Shown here in pieces: positions 46,401 through 55,000 of a stretch of 64,000 nt of DNA. The notes under the pieces were generated by a model, which saw nothing but the letters and a program-made list of their open reading frames with translations, was not told the DNA's origin and searched no databases. The stretch comes from an uncultured Subdoligranulum sp. (lineage in GTDB: Bacteria > Bacillota > Clostridia > Christensenellales > CAG-314), in NCBI GenBank assembly GCA_964612455.1, contig CAZTCB010000002.1, positions 13,809 through 77,808 of the forward strand, read 5' to 3'. The translations under genes were made by a program, and so were the position numbers. Numbering within the stretch: the first letter of the stretch is position 1; every line of letters begins with the position of its first letter.

Positions 46401-46961
46401 GGCGTAATCGATAGCGTCGATTTTGCTGACTTCGTGGCTGGTACGGAAACCGTCAAAGAAGTGAATGAAAGGTACTTTGGACTCGAGTGTGGAGAGGTGT
46501 GCTACCAACGCGAGGTCCATAGCCTCCTGGACGCTGTTGCTGCAAAGCATTGCAAAACCGGTCTGACGGCATGCCATGACGTCGGCGTGGTCGCCGAAGA
46601 TATTGAGGGCGTGCGCAGCCAAAGCTCTGGCGGAAACATGGAAAACGCAAGGAAGGTTTTCACCCGCGATTTTGTACATGTTGGGGATCATGAGCAACAA
46701 ACCCTGACTCGCCGTAAAGGTGCTGGTGAGAGCGCCTGCGACCAAGCTGCCGTGGACGGCGCCTGCCGCACCGGCTTCGGACTCCATTTCTGCAATTTTA
46801 ACTGTCTGACCGAAAAGGTTTTTTCTGCCTTGAGCGGCCCATTCATCAGCGACTTCCGCCATGGGCGAAGACGGCGTGATGGGGTAGATAGCGGCTACGT
46901 CCGAAAAGGCGTACGCTACATGGCTGGCGGCAGTATTGCCGTCGATTGTCATTTTTGCCAT
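43479..46961 (-). CDS. nifJ: Pyruvate:ferredoxin (flavodoxin) oxidoreductase
   Basis: 1160 aa. Two CxxCxxCxxxCP ferredoxin motifs. TPP-binding GGDGWAYDIG. N-terminus typical of PFOR. Confidence 0.95.
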   Translation of the reverse strand: MAKMTIDGNTAASHVAYAFSDVAAIYPITPSSPMAEVADEWAAQGRKNLFGQTVKIAEMESEAGAAGAVHGSLVAGALTSTFTASQGLLLMIPNMYKIAGENLPCVFHVSARALAAHALNIFGDHADVMACRQTGFAMLCSNSVQEAMDLALVAHLSTLESKVPFIHFFDGFRTSHEVSKIDAIDYADMDKLLDRKYVDEFRARALNPEHPQLQGTAQNPDIYFQNREACNGLYDATPAIVEKYMQKVGELTGRKYNLVDYVGAPDATDVIVIMGSGAEACEETVNYLVKQGKKVGVLKVRLYRPFPSERFIQALPATVKHIAVMDRTKEAGSLGEPFYLDVVACLKEHGVADKYTVVGGRYGMGSKEFTPSMILAIYKNLQQTNPKNHFTVGINDDVTFTSLPVDEKIDVAPEGTTRCKFYGLGSDGTVGANKNSIKIIGDHTDLYAQGYFSYDSKKSGGLTISHLRFGKTPIQSSYLIDNAEFIACHNQSYITRYDMLADARQGGTFLLNCNWSVEELDEKLPAKVKNDIANKNLQFYIIDGLKLAKEAGSAKSTNMVMQAAFFKLANIIPYEQAEEYMKKAIVKTYGKKGQKVLDCNFAAVDNAVKGLIKVNVPDSWKTATTGADMAKSSDDPYFVNFIKPILDQKGDELPVSAFNPAGVVPTSTTRFEKRGIAVNIPVWDATKCIQCNRCSMVCPHAAIRPVLIDENTVVPETFVTKAANGVKGAKYRIQVSPLDCSGCGSCANVCIAKEKALVMVPAEKVDEVANFEFSEKVDQVESGMKLNAKSSQFKQPLFEYSGACAGCGETPYVKLVTQLFGDRMIIANATGCSSIYGGSAPTCPYTVNKQGHGPAWANSLFEDNSEFGFGMQIAYQQRRDNVERLLKEIIAEGADDKFVAAANAWIENKLDAEGSKKASEDLKTVLATMKGEKAEELRKMEDCFVKKSFWIFGGDGWAYDIGYGGLDHVLAQGEDVNVLVLDTEVYSNTGGQASKASPTGAVAKFAAAGKRTKKKDLGMMAMSYGYVYVAQVGMGADYEQVVKALKEAEAYPGPSLVIAYAPCINHGIDMSNPQAVIKEAVDCGYWQLYRYNPSLADEGKNPFTLDSKKPTGDYQEFLRKETRYTSLLKTMPEVAEQLFVKTEKDSKERLAKYENLAKND

Positions 46962-47281
46962 ATTGTTTTTCCTCCGTTAAGAAAATTTAAATTTGATTTC
47001 GTTATTTTGCAGGTAAAAAACGCGATATTTTGCGTGTATTTTTGTTAAAAAGCACACAAAAAAAGCGGCGTATCCCTGCGTCCTACAAATTATATCACAT
47101 TAAAAAAATATGTCAAACAATTTAACAACCCCTGATTTAATTTAATTAAAATTAATGCAAAGAAACCGATAAATTTAATCTAATTTACACTTTGTTTTTC
47201 TTGTTGCGCTTGACTAAACGACTATCGTTGTGATATTATAATCGGTAGCTAAAAAACGGCTAAAACGAGCGAGGCTTAGCG

Positions 47282-48157
47282 TTGGAAAAAAATCTTGACA
47301 GAGCACCCGTAGTCACGTTGACAGACGTGATATACAATTATAAGGAGTACGACCAATACGGAGAGGAAAAACCGACCGACCGCGGTGTCAACGGCGTGAC
47401 TTTATCCGTTTATAAAGGGGAGTTTTTGGCGTTGGTGGGACGCAACGGTAGCGGCAAGAGTACGTTGGCAAAGATGTTCAACGGACTTTTGCTTGCCCAA
47501 AAAGGCAAAGTCGACGTTTACGGGCTTAATCCCGCGATTGAAAAAGAGCTTTACCAAATCCGTGCGAAAGTCGGTATGGTTTTTCAAAATCCCGACAATC
47601 AGACGGTTGCGTCCATAGTCGAGGACGACGTCGCTTTCGGTCCCGAAAATCTCGGCATTTCTCAAAAAGAACTGAGAGAGCGCGTAGATACCGCGCTTGC
47701 CGACGTCAATATGTCTAAATACGCGACGAAAACCACCTCTCGATTGAGCGGCGGACAAAAACAACGCGTCGCAATTGCGGGCGCATTGGCGTTGCGTCCT
47801 AAGATACTCGTGCTGGACGAGGCGACGAGCATGCTCGATCCCGAAGGTCGCAGAGACGTAATGGATACCGTATCTAAACTCAACGACGCCGGTATGACCG
47901 TGGTTGCGATTACTCACTTTATGGACGAAGCCGCGCGCGCCGACCGAATCGTTGCGTTAAAAAACGGTAAAATCGCTTTAGAAGGTACTCCCGCGGAGGT
48001 TTTCGCGCAACACGACAGATTAGAACAACTCGGGCTCAAGACTCCTCGCGACGTGGAGCTTGCGTTAAGGCTCAAAGAGAGTGGTCTCGATATAGAACCG
48101 CAAGAAGATATTTTTAAACTCGGGGAGGCATTATGTCGATTACTGTCAAAGACTTGA
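47282..48157 (+). CDS. ecfA1: ECF transporter ATPase component EcfA1
   Basis: GRNGSGKST Walker A, LSGGQKQRVAIA signature, ILVLDEATS Walker B. TTG start. Confidence 0.9.
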   Translation: MEKNLDRAPVVTLTDVIYNYKEYDQYGEEKPTDRGVNGVTLSVYKGEFLALVGRNGSGKSTLAKMFNGLLLAQKGKVDVYGLNPAIEKELYQIRAKVGMVFQNPDNQTVASIVEDDVAFGPENLGISQKELRERVDTALADVNMSKYATKTTSRLSGGQKQRVAIAGALALRPKILVLDEATSMLDPEGRRDVMDTVSKLNDAGMTVVAITHFMDEAARADRIVALKNGKIALEGTPAEVFAQHDRLEQLGLKTPRDVELALRLKESGLDIEPQEDIFKLGEALCRLLSKT

Positions 48158-49008
48158 GTTACGTTTACAATCCGCGGTCTCCTTACGAGACGATTGCGCT
48201 CGACGGCATTACGCTCGAAATAAAAACCGGTGAGTTTGTGGCGGTTTGCGGTCGTACCGGCAGTGGCAAGACGACTTTCGTACAGCACTTCAACGCTCTC
48301 GTGACCGCTCAATCCGGAGAGCTTACGGTAGAAGGGCTCGATCTTACGGAAAAAAATAAAAAATTGCGCCGCGAGATGCTCAAAAAGTTGCGCGGTAAGG
48401 TGGGAATGGTTTTTCAGTACCCCGAGTATCAGCTTTTTGCGAACACGGTGTACGAAGACGTTGCTTTCGGTCCGTTAAACATGGGTTTGTCGACGGATGA
48501 AGTCGATCGTCGTGTGCGCGCCGCGATAAAATCCGTCGGTCTCGATTTTGATTCTATATCTAAATCTTCGCCTTTTGAAATAAGCGGCGGAGAAAAACGT
48601 CGCGTGGCGCTTGCGGGTGTGTTGGCAATGAATCCCAACATACTCGTACTCGACGAACCCACGGCAGGACTCGATCCTCTCGGCAAAGAAGAAATATTAA
48701 ACCTCGTCGTAAAACTTAATAAAAAAGACGGACTTACCGTGGTTATGGTGAGCCACGACGTCAACGAGGTGTACGAATACACCGATCGTACGATTGTGTT
48801 TTCGCATGGCAAAGTTTTGTTTAATATGGCGACTCGCGACCTATTCACTGCGGTTGACGTCGCCAAGTATGGACTTGAAGAACCTCAACTTGCAATTATC
48901 GATAAAATGCTGTTAAAAAACGGCATCCTTCTCGACGGCGAAAATCGCAATGTAAACGACATGGCGGCGGCGATTATTAAATATACCAAAGGGGGCGGCA
49001 ATGCTTAA
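48133..49008 (+). CDS. ecfA2: ECF transporter ATPase component EcfA2
   Basis: GRTGSGKTT Walker A, ISGGEKRRVALA signature, ILVLDEPTAGLD Walker B. Confidence 0.9.
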   Translation: MSITVKDLSYVYNPRSPYETIALDGITLEIKTGEFVAVCGRTGSGKTTFVQHFNALVTAQSGELTVEGLDLTEKNKKLRREMLKKLRGKVGMVFQYPEYQLFANTVYEDVAFGPLNMGLSTDEVDRRVRAAIKSVGLDFDSISKSSPFEISGGEKRRVALAGVLAMNPNILVLDEPTAGLDPLGKEEILNLVVKLNKKDGLTVVMVSHDVNEVYEYTDRTIVFSHGKVLFNMATRDLFTAVDVAKYGLEEPQLAIIDKMLLKNGILLDGENRNVNDMAAAIIKYTKGGGNA

Positions 49009-49861
49009 CGACGTTGCGTTCGGGCAGTATTACCCGTCGGACAGTTTTATTCATCGTATGGATGCTCGGGTAAAAATTTTATTGAGCATTGCGTACATGG
49101 TCGCGATTTTTATCGTAAAATCTTTTTTTTGTTATGCCGTTCTCGCCGTATATCTACTGGGGAAAATTTTAGTATCCAAGATACCGTTGCGTAGCGTTTT
49201 AAAAAGCGTCAAGGCGGTATTGTTTCTGGCTGTTTTTACGGCGATAATCAATATTTTTTTCGCAAAAGGCGCGGAAGAAAACCTTATCTGGAGCTACGGT
49301 ATTATCAATATATATAGTACGGGACTCGTCACCGCGGGAAAGATGGTGTGCAGACTCGTTTTACTCGTCATGGGGGCGAGTCTGTTGACTCTTACGACTA
49401 CTCCCGTAGACCTCACTCATGCCATAGAGAGTTTGCTTTCCCCGTTAAAACTCGTCAGGGTGCCCGTTGCGGACATTGCTCTCATTATGAGTATAACGTT
49501 GCGCTTTATACCTACGTTGATGGAAGAAACCAACAAAATAATATGCGCTCAAAAGGCAAGAGGGGCGCAATTCGATACCGGCAATATCGTTCAGCGAGCG
49601 AAAGCGTTTGTTCCTATTCTCATTCCTTTGCTCGTCAATAGTTTTCGCAGGGCGGAGGAGTTGGCGTTGGCGATGAATGCCCGCTGCTTTGAGGGGAGTA
49701 CCAAGCGTACGAGGTTAAAAAAGCTGAGATGCACGTGGCGCGACCTCGTCGGTTTTCTGCTTTTCGTCGTCGGCGTCGGGGCTGCGTTGTTTGTCAGGTA
49801 TGCGGGCGTCGATTGGATAGGCGAGCTTTTTGGTATTGGCGTAGAGTGGATGAAACTGTAA
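49001..49861 (+). CDS. ecfT: ECF transporter transmembrane component EcfT
   Basis: CbiQ/EcfT fold. Conserved ARG and RRAEEL-type coupling-helix motifs (AQKARGAQF, SFRRAEELALAM). Confidence 0.9.
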   Translation: MLNDVAFGQYYPSDSFIHRMDARVKILLSIAYMVAIFIVKSFFCYAVLAVYLLGKILVSKIPLRSVLKSVKAVLFLAVFTAIINIFFAKGAEENLIWSYGIINIYSTGLVTAGKMVCRLVLLVMGASLLTLTTTPVDLTHAIESLLSPLKLVRVPVADIALIMSITLRFIPTLMEETNKIICAQKARGAQFDTGNIVQRAKAFVPILIPLLVNSFRRAEELALAMNARCFEGSTKRTRLKKLRCTWRDLVGFLLFVVGVGAALFVRYAGVDWIGELFGIGVEWMKL

Positions 49862-50596
49862 ATGAGATACGCAATAACCATACAATATATAGGTGCCGCG
49901 TACAACGGTTGGCAAAGCCAGCAAAACGGCGTTGGCATTCAGGACGTGGTGGAATCCGCGTTGGCAAAGGTCTTTAATCATCCCGTCAGAGTTACGGCGA
50001 GCGGTCGTACCGACGAGGGCGTCAACGCACTCGGTCAGGTGGCGCATTTTGACAGCGACCGCGAGATAAAACCCTACAATCTTTGCCGCGGAGCAAACGT
50101 TTTTTTGCCAAAAGACGTATCGATAGTCGATGCGAAAGTCGTTTCGGACGACTTTAATGCCCGAAAGTCGGCAAAGCGTAAGACGTATGTTTATAAAATG
50201 TACGTTTCCTGTTTTCGCAATCCGCTGTGGGATATCGACCATAAACAAATATTTAAGCAACCCGACGTGGCATCGATGCGGCGCGCTGCGGCTTATATCG
50301 AGGGTAAGCACGATTTCAGGTGCTTTATGTCCACGGGCAGCAATCAAAAGACCACGGTGAGAGAAGTGTACGAGTGTTCGGTAACGCAGGTCGGCAACGA
50401 AATCGTCGTTTCCGTTAGCGGCAACGCTTTTCTTTACAATATGGTGCGCGCGATAGCGGGTACGTTGCTTTTTGTCGGTTACGGACGTATCGACGCCGAC
50501 GATATTCCTCGGATTATTACCGAAGGAGAGCGCGGCAATGCGGGCAAGACCATGCCGCCCAACGGTTTGACGCTGTTGAAGGTCGATTACGACTGA
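49862..50596 (+). CDS. truA: tRNA pseudouridine(38-40) synthase
   Basis: GWQSQ, ASGRTDEGVNA (catalytic Asp) and FLYNMVR motifs. Confidence 0.9.
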   Translation: MRYAITIQYIGAAYNGWQSQQNGVGIQDVVESALAKVFNHPVRVTASGRTDEGVNALGQVAHFDSDREIKPYNLCRGANVFLPKDVSIVDAKVVSDDFNARKSAKRKTYVYKMYVSCFRNPLWDIDHKQIFKQPDVASMRRAAAYIEGKHDFRCFMSTGSNQKTTVREVYECSVTQVGNEIVVSVSGNAFLYNMVRAIAGTLLFVGYGRIDADDIPRIITEGERGNAGKTMPPNGLTLLKVDYD

Positions 50597-50663
50597 AAAC
50601 GCACTCACGAACGCTTTTTCATTAAAAAATCACAAAAATAAACCGCAAATCGCTTAAAAACGT

Positions 50664-50693
50664 TTGACTTGTCGGACGCGTTTGTGGTACAAT
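50664..50693 (+). promoter_or_regulatory. Candidate sigma-A promoter for rplM-rpsI
   Basis: TTGACT, 18 nt spacer, TGgTACAAT. Confidence 0.5.
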
Positions 50694-50699
50694 ACTCAA

Positions 50700-50828
50700 G
50701 CTGTGAATAATCAGGCGCGTATTTTAAGCTCTGCGCGCCGTTTGTCGGTTTCCACTTACGGCGGTTATTCTTCGTGAACGGCACAATGCATATCCATGCA
50801 AATCTTAAATTTCAGGAGAAAAGAAACA
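50700..50828 (+). promoter_or_regulatory. Structured 5' leader of rplM (possible L13 autoregulatory leader)
   Basis: About 130-nt leader with GGCGCG/CGCGCC and CCG...CGG hairpins. L13 leaders are known in Firmicutes, but the match was not verified against a covariance model. Confidence 0.3.
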
Positions 50829-51263
50829 ATGAAAAGTTTTATGGCTAAACAAGAGGAAGTCAGACGTAATTGGTACGTTGTCGACGCAAGCGGTATGCCT
50901 CTCGGCAGACTCGCCAGTCAGGTTGCGAGCATTTTGCGCGGCAAAAACAAGCCTGAGTTTACTCCTCACGTAGATACCGGCGATTTCGTAATCGTCGTCA
51001 ACACCGACAAAGTCGTCCTGACCGGCGACAAACTCAACCAAAAGGTATTTCGCCGTCACAGCGGCAAGCCCGGCAACCTCAAGGAGATTAAGTACGGCAA
51101 TCTCATGCAGACTCGCAGCGATTTCGTGGTCTACAGAGCGGTCAAGGGTATGTTGCCCAAAAACAGCTTGGGTGCCAAGATGCTCACCAAATTGCGCGTT
51201 TATAAAGGCGCAGAGCACGACCAACAGGCTCAAAAGCCCGTTGCAATCGATTTGAAGGACTAA
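50829..51263 (+). CDS. rplM: 50S ribosomal protein L13
   Basis: RNWYVVDA...LGRLAS.VA..LRGK N-terminus. ATG at 50829 after AGGAGA. Confidence 0.95.
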   Translation: MKSFMAKQEEVRRNWYVVDASGMPLGRLASQVASILRGKNKPEFTPHVDTGDFVIVVNTDKVVLTGDKLNQKVFRRHSGKPGNLKEIKYGNLMQTRSDFVVYRAVKGMLPKNSLGAKMLTKLRVYKGAEHDQQAQKPVAIDLKD

Positions 51264-51280
51264 TGGGGGGGTAAAGATTT

Positions 51281-51685
51281 ATGGTAAAGACAAGTAAAAA
51301 AGTTCAATTTTGGGGCACCGGCAGACGTAAAAAGTCCGTTGCCAGCGTCAGACTTTTGCCCAACGGCAACGGTACCATCACCGTCAACGACAGAGAGTTT
51401 GAGGCTTATTTCCCTCTCGATACGTTGAGATATATCGTTAAGCAACCGTTGGTTGCCACCGAGACCGCGACCAAATACGACGTTGCCGTCAAAGTAGTCG
51501 GCGGCGGTTATACCGGTCAGGCGGGCGCAGTCCGTCAGGGTATAGCGCGTGCTCTCGTCATTGCGGGCGAGGACAAAGACGTTCTTAAAAAAGCAGGTTT
51601 CCTCACTCGTGATCCTCGTATGAAAGAGCGTAAAAAGTACGGCTTGCACAAAGCTCGTAAAGCACCGCAGTTCTCCAAGAGATAA
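51281..51685 (+). CDS. rpsI: 30S ribosomal protein S9
   Basis: GTGRRK...GGG.TGQAGA...RDPR.KERKKYG...KAPQFSKR. Confidence 0.95.
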   Translation: MVKTSKKVQFWGTGRRKKSVASVRLLPNGNGTITVNDREFEAYFPLDTLRYIVKQPLVATETATKYDVAVKVVGGGYTGQAGAVRQGIARALVIAGEDKDVLKKAGFLTRDPRMKERKKYGLHKARKAPQFSKR

Positions 51686-51718
51686 TCGGTACGATTTTTT
51701 CAATCCTTTTAAAAAGAT

Positions 51719-51748
51719 TTACCCGACCTTTGCGTCGGGTTTTTCTTT
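51719..51748 (+). terminator. Intrinsic terminator after rpsI
   Basis: ACCCGAC/GTCGGGT stem plus a T-run. Confidence 0.7.
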
Positions 51749-51950
51749 GCTCTCGTAAAAATCGCATACCGCTTTGTCGGACGGTTCGGGTGATGAAAAA
51801 AAACGAAAAACTCCGCAAAACGTAGAAAAAAACGATAAAAACCCGAAACGTGCGGCGGAAAAAGGTTTTATCTTGTCCCGTTTGCACGTTTTTTCGGGAT
51901 AAACGGATAAATCGGAATAAAAAAACATACATTTTTTTTAGCGATAACGA

Positions 51951-51979
51951 TTGACACTTTAAAAGGCAGGGTGTATAAT
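51951..51979 (+). promoter_or_regulatory. Candidate sigma-A promoter for the giant surface-protein gene
   Basis: TTGACA, 17 nt spacer, TATAAT. Confidence 0.55.
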
Positions 51980-52051
51980 GTTCAAAGGTATAAGTATGAC
52001 TTGTACTTTAAGGTGTATCTTAAAATTTAAACAAAAGGAGAAGTAACGAAA

Positions 52052-55000
52052 ATGAAGCAATTGTCTAAAATTTTGTTAGTTGTTTTGTTTGCAACGTTAG
52101 TCTTCGCTTTGGCGGCATGTACACAGACCGAACCGGAGGACCCGGTGCACGTCCACGCGTACGGCGAAGCGACCATTACGAAGGCGGCGACCTGCACGGA
52201 GGCGGGCGAATCAACCGCTTTATGCGAATGCGGCGATAGTTTAGTCACTGTTATTCCCGCATTGGGGCACAAACTCGTCTATCAACCCAAAGTGGGCGCG
52301 ACCTGTACCGAAGACGGTAGGGACGCGTACTACAAGTGCTCCGTCTGCAACAAACTGTTTGACGGCAACAACGACGAGGTTGAAGAAAAAGACCTCGTTA
52401 TCAAGGCGCTCGGTCACATGGCAGGCGCTGCGGTTCAGGAGAATTACGTTGACGCAACCTGCAAGGCGACGGGTAGCTATGATTTGGTTACCAGATGCGT
52501 TTATTGCGACGAGGTTATGTCGAGCCAGTCTATGACCGTGTCTCTTTCGGCGCACAAAGCCGGTACCGTCCGTACCGAAAACGTAATTGCCTCGACGTGC
52601 ACTACCGCCGGTAGCTATCAGACCGTCAATTATTGCGTATTTTGCAACGCGGAGATTGAAGGCTCGAGAAAAACCGTCACCGTTGATCCTCTCGGACATG
52701 ACCTCGTACATCACGATGCAGTGGACGCTACGTGCCTGGCGGAAGGTAACAAAGCTTACGACACTTGCTCTCGTTGCGATTACAATACGTTTGAGAAGGT
52801 TCCTAAACTCGACCACGTTGAGGGTGAGAGCGTAGAGGAAAACAGAGTAGAGGCTACTTGCACGGCTAAGGGCGGATTCGATACCGTCGTCCGTTGCACG
52901 TTCTGCAACTCCGTTTTGTCGTCCGAACATACCGATATCGATATGTTGGAGCACAATCTCAGCGACGTAGAGGCTCAGACGGCTACTTGCCATCAAATCG
53001 GTTGGGATGCTTATCAATATTGCTTGGATTGCGATTACACCACTAAGGTAGAGATCCCGATGCTCGAGCACGTTGCGGCAGACGGCGTTGAGGAAAACAG
53101 AGTAGAGGCTACTTGCGAAGTCAAGGGCGGATACGACGTGGTCGTTTATTGCTCTCTTTGCAGTGACGAACTCTCCAGGCAATATCAGGAAATCGCCGCA
53201 CTCGGTCACAAACCCGGTATGGCGGTAGTTGAAAATAAAGTCGATGCCACGTGCTCGGCTGCGGGTAGCTATGACAGCGTTACTTACTGCACTGTTTGCA
53301 CCGCCGCTATCCACCGTGAAAAGACAATGATACCTCAACTCGCACACGACCTCGTAGAGGTAGAAGCTCGCGACGCCGCTTGCGAAGTTGTCGGTTACAA
53401 CGCTCACAAAGCATGCCGCAATTGCGACTATAAAGAAGACTACGTTGAAATCCCCGCTCTCGAACACGTTTACGGCGATTGGAATATCGTCAAAAACGCC
53501 GAATGTGGGATTGTCGGCGAGAGAAACCGCGTTTGCTCTCTCTGCTCCGGCATAGACACGGAGGAAATCCCCGCTCTCGAACACAAGTACGGCGATTGGT
53601 CGGTTGTTACTCCCGCCACCTGCACGACCGACGGTTTGCAAGAGAGAGTCTGCTCTCTTTGCACCGATAAAGACGAGCAAGTGATACCCGCCGCTCACAC
53701 TTGGGTATACGTGGATTACCTCGTACCTACCGAAACGACGGAAGGTCACACCCAGTACTACGAATGCAGCGTTTGCTTGGAAAAATCCGGTTATCAGATA
53801 TTGGATAAACACGCTCACGAGCCTGCGGATCCCGTCATCGAAAAATACGTTGCGTCTACTTGCATTTCGAGCGGTTCTTACGACGTAGTTATTTACTGCT
53901 CCTGCTCGGTATGTTTGTATGCGGAAATTTCGAGGACGACGCAAACCATTGCTACCAGCGGACATACGTGGGTTGCTTACGAATACACCGCGGCAACCTG
54001 TACCGAAATCGGTTGGGATGCTTACGAGCAATGCCTTAACTGCAACGCGTATAAAAACGATTATTACGTCGAATACGCTGCGCTCGGTCATGATTTGGTA
54101 TACGAAATCCAACTCAATCCCACTTGCACCGTCGACGGTTTGAGATACGAGTGCTGCACCCGTTGCGACAGGAGTATCGAGCAAGTTATGCCGGCGCTCC
54201 GTCAGCACAGTTTTAAAAACGGTGTCTGCACCGTCTGCAAAGCCGCTCTTTATGAGGCTTTGACCTACGAACTCAACGGTGACGCTTATACTGTCACGGG
54301 ACTTAACGATAGCACCGTGACGACGGTGGTTATCCCCGATACTTATCTTGGATTGCCCGTTACTGCTCTTGCTAACAATATCTTTAAAAACAACAAGACC
54401 ATTAAGGAAGTTTATATCGGCAGCAACGTAACCGCTATCCCGACCTATGCTTTCTATGGTTGCAGTGCGCTCGAGACCATTCATATCGGCGTGGGCGTAA
54501 CAAAGATGAACAGCTATGCATTTACCTCGACGAGTGCCTTGAAACACGTTTATTACGACGGCACAATCGATCAATGGGCACAGATAGTGTTCGGCACGTC
54601 GGCTACTGCCGGTACCGCTAGCGCGTCTCCGTTCACAGCAGGTTACGGTAAACTCTACATCAATGGCGAGGTCATCGGAACGGCGACCGTCAACGTGGAC
54701 GTTAACAGTTACGCATTCTGTAAAGTCGGCGGTATCACCGAGTTGATACTAAACTGCGGAGTGGTCAATACTTACGCTTTTGAATATTGTTATGATTTGG
54801 TACACGTTTCCGTAGGTCAAAACGTTACCAAGATCGGCAATTACGCTTTCATGTACTGCTACAAGAAAGTAATAGTAACCGACCATTCGAGTTTGGACAT
54901 TACTACAAGTGATACGACTTACTCCAAAAAAGGCGGTATTGCTTCCAACGCCAAAAAAATCGGCAGTTCTTATTCCGTATTTACCGTAGGCGACTTCGTA

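Noticed and set aside
44862-47048. Plus-strand ORFs 44862-45962 (366 aa) and 46089-47048 (319 aa) opposite nifJ.
   Set aside because: The minus-strand product is an unmistakable full-length PFOR. The antisense translations have no recognisable features.
51841-51899. Long-range inverted repeat (CCCGAAACGTGC … GCACGTTTTTTCGGG) in the rpsI/giant-gene intergenic region.
   Set aside because: The stem is imperfect with a large loop. It is not followed by a convincing T-run on either strand, and I could not assign a function to it.
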